From a bacterium (lineage in GTDB: Bacteria > Patescibacteriota > Microgenomatia > Curtissbacterales > GWA2-41-24), in NCBI GenBank assembly GCA_021813945.1, contig JAKAJD010000001.1, positions 496,412 to 560,411 on the forward strand: DNA of 64,000 nt, written 5' to 3'. Below, piece after piece: positions 57,104 to 64,000 of this stretch. Made by a program: the position numbers and the translations under genes. Under the pieces are notes generated by a model, which worked only from the letters and a program-made list of their open reading frames with translations, made no database searches and was not told where the DNA came from. Position 1 is the stretch's first letter, and the number at the start of each line of letters is the position of its first letter.

Positions 57104-57295
57104 TTGACAAACTTCACCAAAATCTAGTTTAATACCCTCAATCCAAAGACCGCAGCTCTTCACTTCGTTCAGAGTAAACTGGACAAAGTGAAGTTAAATT
57201 TCGGAAGGCTATCAGGTTTACCCTGAGGAGGTACGACGAAGGGCTGCGCAGGAGAAAGTAAGTTTTTTCTTCTCTTTGGCCGCAAGTCGGCCATT
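57104..57295 (+). promoter_or_regulatory. rplJ promoter and L10 leader
   Basis: TTGACA-18-TTTAAT; AAAGACCGCAG...CTGCGCAGG pattern typical of L10 leaders; CCAAAGA/TCTTTGG closing helix. Confidence 0.7.
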
Positions 57296-57313
57296 TTCTT
57301 TGGACACAGTTTA

Positions 57314-57868
57314 ATGAAAAAAGTAGCTAAATCAGCACGCGAGAAAAAAGAAGAAAAAATCCAAAGTTTGGCCGAAAAATTTAAAAAGGCTAAAACTTTG
57401 ACTTTTGCAGACTATCGCGGCCTTTCGGCAAACCAAATAGCAACCCTCAGGTCAAAAATAAAAGCTTCTGGCGGCGAAATGCTCGTTGAAAAAAATACGC
57501 TCATTTCGTTGGCTCTCAAAGACTCGGGTCATAAATTAGGAAAAACAGAAGATCCCGAAGGCACACTTCTTACCGGCCCAACCGCTACAATTCTTTCCTA
57601 TGAAGACGAGATTGCTCCAATAAAAGAAACGGCCCAAAGTAACAAAGAAATAGGCCTCCCCAGTTTCAAATTTGGCTTTTTTGGCCTTGATTTTTTAAAC
57701 TCCCAAGGCCTAGAAAGTCTTTCCAAAATTCCCGGCCGTGATGCACTTCACGCCAAATTGGTGGGATCACTTTCCTCGCCAATTTATGGAGTTGTTGGTG
57801 TTCTGAGCGCCAATCTCAGAAACCTGGTTTACGCACTCGATCAAATTCAAAAAAAGAAAGGAGCGTGA
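57314..57868 (+). CDS. rplJ: 50S ribosomal protein L10
   Basis: DYRGL, LR, V.KNTL, GPTA. Confidence 0.95.
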   Translation: MKKVAKSAREKKEEKIQSLAEKFKKAKTLTFADYRGLSANQIATLRSKIKASGGEMLVEKNTLISLALKDSGHKLGKTEDPEGTLLTGPTATILSYEDEIAPIKETAQSNKEIGLPSFKFGFFGLDFLNSQGLESLSKIPGRDALHAKLVGSLSSPIYGVVGVLSANLRNLVYALDQIQKKKGA

Positions 57869-57876
57869 TAAATTAA

Positions 57877-58470
57877 ATGGCAGACGACGATCAAAAACAA
57901 GACGAAGCAAAGCAAGCAGAAGAATCAGCAGACGCTGCCGAGGAAGCTGCCGACAAAGCAGAAGAATCAGCAGACGCTGCCGAGCAAGCAGCTCAAGAGG
58001 CAAAAGACGCCGAAAAAGAAGTAAAAGAAGAAATTAAAGAGGTAAAAGAAGAGAAAAAGGAAGAAGCCAAAGCCGATGTAAAAGTCAGCAAAAAGTTAGA
58101 GGGCTTAATTTCCGATATCGAAAAACTTTCTGTTTTGGAGCTTTCTGAATTGGTTAAAGCACTCGAGGCAAAATTCGGAGTTTCGGCCGCACCTCAGGTA
58201 GTTGCAGGAAGCGCTGCTCCAGCCGCAGCTGGTGGCGACGAAGGTGCTTCAGAACAAACCACTTTCAATGTCATAATCTCAGACAGCGGAGCCAATAAAA
58301 TTTCCGTCATTAAAGTGGTTCGCGAACTAGTTCCAACTCTTGGACTTAAAGAAGCAAAAGATTTGGTAGATGCAGCCCCCAAACAAGTTTTGGAAGGGGT
58401 AAACAAAGAAACGGCAAATGAGGCAAAGACAAAGCTAGAAGCAGCAGGCGCGAAAGTAGAGCTCAAATAG
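57877..58470 (+). CDS. rplL: 50S ribosomal protein L7/L12 with acidic N-terminal extension
   Basis: [37 protein letters not shown]. Confidence 0.97.
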   Translation: MADDDQKQDEAKQAEESADAAEEAADKAEESADAAEQAAQEAKDAEKEVKEEIKEVKEEKKEEAKADVKVSKKLEGLISDIEKLSVLELSELVKALEAKFGVSAAPQVVAGSAAPAAAGGDEGASEQTTFNVIISDSGANKISVIKVVRELVPTLGLKEAKDLVDAAPKQVLEGVNKETANEAKTKLEAAGAKVELK

Positions 58471-58476
58471 CTAGAA

Positions 58477-58524
58477 AAGGTCAGGCCTTAGCCTAAGTCA
58501 AGACTAAGAAAAAGGCCTGACCTT
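58477..58524. repeat. Palindromic doublet
   Basis: aaggtcaggcctt (58477) and its exact reverse complement (58512). Confidence 0.94.
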
Positions 58525-58680
58525 GAGCTATTGATATGCAACCATTGCCAAAACCCCCTTTTTGCCCACTTGACCGGCAATTTTTCCCATGATACATTGG
58601 AGTCCGAAAGTGATTTCTTCGTTCTCTAGAATGACACACTTAGATCACACTAATTTATTAATCAAAATTCAAACATCAAC

Positions 58681-58893
58681 ATGGCATTAGGAGACGACTG
58701 GCCGGATTTATTAACAGTTAAAGAAGTGGCCAAAATCCTAAGGGTTGCCCCACTCACAGTCAAACGCTGGGGCAAACGAGGAAAACTTCCGGCAATCCGC
58801 ATCAACTCTCGCGGCGACCGTAGGTACAAAAAAGAGGCAGTACTTTGGCTTCTTGGCGCGATCAAATCCGGCGACCAAGGTCTAAATCAATAA
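58681..58893 (+). CDS. Small MerR/Xis/BldC-like helix-turn-helix protein
   Basis: LLTVKEVAKILRV..LTVKRW...GKL.A.R..RGDRRY. Confidence 0.88.
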   Translation: MALGDDWPDLLTVKEVAKILRVAPLTVKRWGKRGKLPAIRINSRGDRRYKKEAVLWLLGAIKSGDQGLNQ

Positions 58894-58944
58894 ACCCTTT
58901 TCCTTGCTTTAAAATTTCCTTCTATATATAATTTGTCATCCTTT

Positions 58945-59790
58945 ATGGAAAGACTTGAACCAAGGCCGGTTACCGAAACTGCCCGAGGAATTTTAGAAGA
59001 TCCGCCGCAGGCTATTTTGTGTTTTGACAACTATCGGGGCAATTCTCCAGATGCGAGAGCTATCGCCAGCCTTATCATGATGCAAAGGGCAATAACAGCC
59101 TTGATCGTAAGCCATTCTAAAAAACTTTATCCAAAAGAAAACCGCCCGAAAATCGCCTGCTTCGCCGGCGAACATAAAAAGGGTTTGGTGTCAGGGTCAG
59201 CTTTGATGAAAAGAACTCTAATGGCACTTGGCGCCGAAGAAAGCGAAATAGAAACTCGGTCAACTACGGTATCAACCACCACAGACATCACCCAATTCCA
59301 TTCCTACATCAAAGAAAACAATATAACCGGCCCTGTAGCAATTGTCACAAGCGATGATCACATCGAAAGAACAGAGCAAGAAATAGTTAACCATTTCCAA
59401 AAACATAAACATGGCCCAATTCCAAAGATTTACGTTCTGTCGCTGCATTCAGAAGAAATCGCAAGCCTTCCATTGCCAACTGAAGTTAGAAAATCTCTTT
59501 TCTATCTAGGTAACTTTAGTGCCTTAGTTAAAGCGGAACGTGAAGGTTCCCTAAGTGGAGGTAGAACCGAAAAAATTGCAACCAGAATTTCCAAAATAAA
59601 ACACCAACACAGAAGAGAAACGGTTCAAGCCGTTGCTGAATTTGTAAATCATCTGCACACTCCAGAAGCTCTAAGAAGGATAAGAAGGGTAAATCGTCAA
59701 TTCCGACGAGGTCATAAAAACCTTTATGTTAAACGGAAAGATAGAAATCCCAAAATTAGAGCATTTCCCGATATGCCAGCTCATGGATAA
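58945..59790 (+). CDS. DUF218/YdcF-like protein
   Basis: S.A.LMK..L..LG, STTTD, IVTSDDH.ER; start uncertain (TTG 58933 or ATG 58945). Confidence 0.6.
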   Translation: MERLEPRPVTETARGILEDPPQAILCFDNYRGNSPDARAIASLIMMQRAITALIVSHSKKLYPKENRPKIACFAGEHKKGLVSGSALMKRTLMALGAEESEIETRSTTVSTTTDITQFHSYIKENNITGPVAIVTSDDHIERTEQEIVNHFQKHKHGPIPKIYVLSLHSEEIASLPLPTEVRKSLFYLGNFSALVKAEREGSLSGGRTEKIATRISKIKHQHRRETVQAVAEFVNHLHTPEALRRIRRVNRQFRRGHKNLYVKRKDRNPKIRAFPDMPAHG

Positions 59791-59871
59791 ATTTTATCCC
59801 CAAAATCGTTTTATTTTAAAAAATTTTATGCTCAACTGTCATATGTCTCCAAAAATTGCTATACTTTGAGC

Positions 59872-60621
59872 ATGCTACAAACAGCAATAGACGCAGCCAA
59901 AGCTGGCGGCAAACACGCACTCTCCTACTTTAACAACCTTCCGGAAGTCAAAAAGAAGGCAGATGAAAGTCCGGTTACCATGGCCGATATCGAAACCGAA
60001 CAGCTTATCCGCAGGCTAATTTCCAAAAAATACCCGGATCACGGCTTTATTGGCGAAGAATTTGGATCCACCAATCCAAAAGCCAAATTCCAATGGGTTA
60101 TAGACCCGATAGACGGCACCCGATCTTATATCAGAAACATTCCCCAGTGGTGTATTCTGATATCTGTCCTGGAAGACAATAAACCGATAGTTGGGGTATG
60201 TTATTTCCCCAATCAGGACGAATTATTCAGCGCCGAAAAAGGAAAAGGTACATTTTTCAACGGAAAAAAGACTACGGTTTCTAAAGTCGAAAACTTAAAT
60301 GAAGCATACATTTCTTACTACAATCTTAAACATTTTGAAAGACTCGGCAAAACAAAAAATTTGGTGGATATTTGCCAAAAATCCAACACCTCTATGAATT
60401 TAGCTTCATTTGCAATGAGTTTTTTTCTAAAAGGAAAAATTGAAGCCTACATTTGCGCCCATGGACAACTCTGGGATTTCGCAGCATTTTCCCTTTTAAC
60501 AGAAGAAGCAGGCGGAACATTTTCCGACTTTTCCGGCAAAAAGTCTTTAACCTCCGGCGACATAATCTTGGCAAACAAACCCATCCACGATCAAGTACTA
60601 AATATCCTCAATACTAAATAA
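59872..60621 (+). CDS. Inositol monophosphatase-family protein (HisN-like)
   Basis: VTMAD, GEE, WVIDPIDGT, WD.AA..EAGG. Confidence 0.92.
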   Translation: MLQTAIDAAKAGGKHALSYFNNLPEVKKKADESPVTMADIETEQLIRRLISKKYPDHGFIGEEFGSTNPKAKFQWVIDPIDGTRSYIRNIPQWCILISVLEDNKPIVGVCYFPNQDELFSAEKGKGTFFNGKKTTVSKVENLNEAYISYYNLKHFERLGKTKNLVDICQKSNTSMNLASFAMSFFLKGKIEAYICAHGQLWDFAAFSLLTEEAGGTFSDFSGKKSLTSGDIILANKPIHDQVLNILNTK

Positions 60622-60672
60622 GCGCTAACCCATAAAAATCGCCTAATCCCATAACTCCTCATTTTTACGCTC

Positions 60673-60825
60673 AAGGCCAGGCCTTCAGGCTGAAAATGGC
60701 CGATTTCAGGCTGAAGCCTTAAAAGCTAAAACTAGCAAGTTAGGTCAAATTTGAGGCTAAATATCCGCTTTCGAGGTCAAGAGCAGGCCTTTACCTTGGC
60801 GTTTTCAGGAAAAAGGCCTGCCCTT
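60673..60825. repeat. Palindromic elements (one single core plus a doublet)
   Basis: Cores at 60673, 60779 and 60813; ttcaggctgaa repeated at 60684 and 60705. Confidence 0.85.
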
Positions 60826-60875
60826 ATTCCACCTTTCGCCTTAATCCTCCACATTTTTTGTGCTAAAATACCTAA

Positions 60876-61667
60876 ATGGAACCCGCATCCAAAGCTAATC
60901 TCAAAAACAAGCATCTTATCGTTTTTGATCTCGATGGCACCCTCGCCCCCACTAAATCGACAATCGATTTAGAAATGAGCGACCTTCTCGAAAAACTCCT
61001 CAAAGCCAAAAAGGTAGCCGTTATTGGTGGCGGCAAATTCGAACTCTTTCAGGAACAACTCTTAAACGGCCTTAAAGCCCCAACCAATCTTCTTAAAAAT
61101 ATGTTTTTATTCCCTACCACAGCCACGACTTTCTATAAATTTGAAGATGGATGGAAAAAGGTCTACTCGCACGACTTAACTCAACAAGAAGTTAAAAGAA
61201 TCATCGCTGCGTTCGAAGAAATCATCGCAAAAATCGGCTACAAGCCCGAAAAAACGTATGGCATTATCATCGAAGACCGCGGTACCCAAGTAACCTGGTC
61301 TGCTCTCGGCCAAGACGTCGTTAAGATTCTTGGCGACAAAGGTGTCGAGCTCAAAAACAAATGGAAAGAGGAAAACACTCCGCTCAAGTTGGAAATTGCC
61401 AAATATGTCCAAGAAAAACTGCCCGATCTTGAAGTTCATGCTGCCGGTTACACTTCAATAGACGTAACCAAAAAAGGCATCGACAAAGCATACGGCCTTA
61501 AACAAATGGAAGACCACCTTAAGACTAAAATTAAGGATATGCTCTTTGTTGGCGATGCCATTTTCCCCGGCGGCAACGACTATGCCGTCACCAAAACCCC
61601 GATTGACTACATTCAGGTTAAAGGCCCCGAAGAAACGAAGCAAATCATCCGCCAAATCCTTGAGTAA
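60876..61667 (+). CDS. HAD-IIB hydrolase (phosphomannomutase-like)
   Basis: FDLDGTL, EDRGTQ.T.SALG, SIDVT..GIDK, FVGD..PGGND. Confidence 0.88.
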   Translation: MEPASKANLKNKHLIVFDLDGTLAPTKSTIDLEMSDLLEKLLKAKKVAVIGGGKFELFQEQLLNGLKAPTNLLKNMFLFPTTATTFYKFEDGWKKVYSHDLTQQEVKRIIAAFEEIIAKIGYKPEKTYGIIIEDRGTQVTWSALGQDVVKILGDKGVELKNKWKEENTPLKLEIAKYVQEKLPDLEVHAAGYTSIDVTKKGIDKAYGLKQMEDHLKTKIKDMLFVGDAIFPGGNDYAVTKTPIDYIQVKGPEETKQIIRQILE

Positions 61668-61675
61668 GTTTAGTT

Positions 61676-61775
61676 AAGGTCAGGTCTTAGGCTAAGAATA
61701 TCCCAACAAAGGCCTGACCTTTTAGCTCACACTCTTACGAAGGTCTGGCCTTGGAAAACTAAAAGGCCAGACCTT
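61676..61775. repeat. Two palindromic doublets downstream of galT
   Basis: Cores at 61676/61709 and 61740/61763. Confidence 0.94.
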
Positions 61776-61808
61776 GAGATAACAATTGGTTATCTGAAAA
61801 CGCAACTT

Positions 61809-62717
61809 TTACCCGTTTAAAATCTTCTCTTCCAAAGTCTCACCAATATCTTCTTCCTTCAAGGCTTCCGCAGCATCAACAGGATCAATAGTATTTACAG
61901 AAAGCCCCGTCCCCAACTCAAATCCGGCCCTGTGCACCAACCTTGGAATTATCCGTATATACCAATCTTTTCCATGGTGGACGTAGTAGTTGTAAGCAGG
62001 CCCGTCTTTAAACGCAACCATGGGCATTCCGGGATGGTAATGCCCCGCTCCCGAAAGATGCTTTATCAGCCGCCTTAAGGCGTTTTGAAGCACGTATGCC
62101 AAATCATCTGCCTCTTCGTCTGTTATTTGGCCAAAAAACTCCCCACGCCGTTTAGGAGCTATCCATAATTCAAAGGGCCATTGCGAGAAATTCGGGCAGA
62201 ACACTACGAAGTTTTTGTTATCCACAACCGTATTGACAACAGCCTCAAGCGGTAGTGTGTCTAAATTGATTTGCTTAGGCACAACCACCAGCTGCGAATG
62301 GGGATGTCTAATAGAAGCCCCTGCAACCTCCCCAACGTTGTTAAAGATAATCGTATGGCCAATATCTTTATTGGCATTAAATCGCTCCCTATAAACCCGC
62401 AAAATAAGCCTTACCTGCTCAAGCGGTAGTTTATCAATATCGAGCTTATCGTCTGGTGAATGGACAATCACTTCATGGAAATCGGTGATCGGAAACTTAT
62501 TTTTTATAACCCTTACCTTCCAGCCTCGCTCATAAGCTTTCCCCTCACCAACTCGATAGATTTCCTCGCCTGGTATGCGCTCAAAACCCGGACAAAAAAC
62601 GCATATCTTATTGACGTTTGCCGACTTTGTCTTGTCTGTATCTACCGGCCTTTTTGTGCGACCCTCGGCAAAGATAACCCAACGGTTGGTAGTTATATCT
62701 GGAACGTACTTCGCCAT
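61809..62717 (-). CDS. galT: Galactose-1-phosphate uridylyltransferase family protein
   Basis: R.KRP, C.FCPG.E, VRVI.NKFP, HEVIV, AGASI.HPHSQ, AGFELGTG. Confidence 0.88.
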   Translation of the reverse strand: MAKYVPDITTNRWVIFAEGRTKRPVDTDKTKSANVNKICVFCPGFERIPGEEIYRVGEGKAYERGWKVRVIKNKFPITDFHEVIVHSPDDKLDIDKLPLEQVRLILRVYRERFNANKDIGHTIIFNNVGEVAGASIRHPHSQLVVVPKQINLDTLPLEAVVNTVVDNKNFVVFCPNFSQWPFELWIAPKRRGEFFGQITDEEADDLAYVLQNALRRLIKHLSGAGHYHPGMPMVAFKDGPAYNYYVHHGKDWYIRIIPRLVHRAGFELGTGLSVNTIDPVDAAEALKEEDIGETLEEKILNG

Positions 62718-62740
62718 AAACTCAGTTTAGCATTTTTACG

Positions 62741-62865
62741 AAGGTCTGGCCTTTGTTGGGATATTCTCAGCCTAAGACCTGACCTTGAGATAGCGGTCGG
62801 TAACTTATCCCACGCAAAGCGCAGGCCTTTTTTCTGACAAAAGACTGAGGTCAAGGCCTGTCCTG
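62741..62865. repeat. Palindromic doublets upstream of galT
   Basis: Cores at 62741/62774, and degenerate cores at 62817/62853. Confidence 0.9.
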
Positions 62866-63004
62866 TAACTGGCGGCTGGCCCCGATAACTGGCAACTGAC
62901 TAATTTACTACAAGACACATTAACACTCTCCCCCAAAAACACCGATTTTTAATCGTTTGAGTAACAAATGTACTATAGATTATTTTTGTAAATTTGAAGC
63001 TAAT

Positions 63005-63032
63005 TTTTGACTTTTGACTTTTGACTTTTGAC
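63005..63032. repeat. (TTTTGAC)4 heptamer tandem repeat
   Basis: Four perfect units. Confidence 0.9.
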
Positions 63033-63147
63033 TTTCGCGAAGCTTCCTATCGGCTTAAATTTTTTATCCAATAGTTTTTACTAAGATGTAAATTCGAAAT
63101 TTTCAAAAATTTTTCAGATTTTTTTTGAAAAAATTTTTAGAAATTTT

Positions 63148-63909
63148 TCAGAAGATTTTAGAAATTTTCACTTTTGCAAATTTTGCCAAAAACATCAAAA
63201 AAAACACCGGAATAACCCTATGTCTCCATGCCCTGCCAGGTTCGTGGATCAAACGCCACAACCACTCAAAACCGGCACCCTGAACGGGTTTTGGGGCCCT
63301 TTTTTTCACACCAGCCAGTAAATCTAGCGCTCCACCGACCCCTATAAAAACTCCGACGTTGAGCTTGTTGCGCATGGCATTGATCCAGAACTCCTGCCTA
63401 CCCATACCTAGCGCAACGAAAAGTATGTCCACCCTCTCTGTGGCGGGAAATGGTAATTTTAGCCTCAAATCTTGACCTATAGTCTCCTCTCCAGGCCCTG
63501 CAAACCCTACTTTTAACCCGGGATAAGCCTTAATTTGGCGCTTACTAGCCTCCTGTGCTACACCCGAAAAACCTCCCAAAAAGCCTATTACAATAGCCTT
63601 TCCGGCACTTTTTTGACACAATTTTTCGATTAAATCTACGCCTGTTATTCTATCTTGTGCCGAACCACCCGAAATTAGCTTCGAAAATACCACCCACTGG
63701 CCGTCCGGTAAAGCCAAGTCGGCATCTTCTAAAATGCGCGCAAACTCTTTATTTCGTCTGGCCATCATTACGAATTCCGCATTGACCGTAACTACATATT
63801 TTCCTCTATTTTCACGCTTGGCCAGGTTTAAAATCTCCGAGACCGCTTCATCGGCAGATATATCGTCCACTTTTACACCAAAAACGTCGATTTTTCGTGA
63901 TTTATCCAT
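63148..63909 (-). CDS. WecB/TagA/CpsF glycosyltransferase
   Basis: VTVNAE, PDG, RITGVDL, VALG..RQE, GVGGALD, EWLWRL..EP.R. Confidence 0.93.
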   Translation of the reverse strand: MDKSRKIDVFGVKVDDISADEAVSEILNLAKRENRGKYVVTVNAEFVMMARRNKEFARILEDADLALPDGQWVVFSKLISGGSAQDRITGVDLIEKLCQKSAGKAIVIGFLGGFSGVAQEASKRQIKAYPGLKVGFAGPGEETIGQDLRLKLPFPATERVDILFVALGMGRQEFWINAMRNKLNVGVFIGVGGALDLLAGVKKRAPKPVQGAGFEWLWRLIHEPGRAWRHRVIPVFFLMFLAKFAKVKISKIF

Positions 63910-64000
63910 AGTCTTTTAACCTTTTAAGCCTTTTTAGGGGCTTTTATCGCCCCGCAATTTTCCGACCATTTTCCGAGAAACTTCAGAAAGGCCAGTAAAC

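Noticed and set aside
56797-57120. Minus-strand poly-Ser ORF
   Set aside because: Shadow of the plus-strand acidic microprotein, which has the SD and terminator
57866-57868. Alternative genetic code (TGA recoded)
   Set aside because: TGA ends rplJ, thyX and dcd at expected positions, and conserved genes have no internal TGA
60751-60972. Small ORFs crossing repeat clusters (also 6635..6910, 62460..62837, 53969..54205)
   Set aside because: They overlap real genes in other frames and consist largely of repeat-derived sequence
62940-63147. Replication origin in the AT-rich tract
   Set aside because: No cluster of DnaA boxes and no dnaA/dnaN; explained by heptamer and low-complexity repeats

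Overview
Chromosomal window from a small-genome bacterium, most consistent with Patescibacteria/CPR (Microgenomates-like; this is inferred from gene content and style). It uses the standard code (TGA = stop). Housekeeping genes include rpsB-tsf, a dTTP operon (NUDIX-dcd fusion, tmk, NUDIX, double-length thyX), topA, dprA, a split purH, mreB-PBP2, glyA, folD, priA-def-fmt, rpmB and a probable 6S RNA. There are four tRNAs, type IV pilin-like genes, and the rpmG-tRNATrp-secE-nusG-rplK-rplA-rplJ-rplL series interrupted by accessory genes. The most striking signal is a dispersed family of small palindromic elements at about 15 loci. Each is built from a 13-bp core (AAGGCCWGGCCTT and variants) arranged as inverted doublets with preferred start-to-start spacings of 23 or 33-36 bp and co-varying arms. 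The elements sit at gene 3' ends, flank galT as a 46-bp inverted repeat, and are translated in frame inside conserved proteins (RpsB, ThyX, TopA, FolD, PriA). No transposase for them is present in this window. Other signals are a second class of heptamer micro-repeats, pervasive leaderless-type promoters, tRNA-Trp and glyA 3'-end duplications, an unannotated 30-aa acidic microprotein and a giant pilin with a passenger insert. All calls are by eye; no database searches were run.
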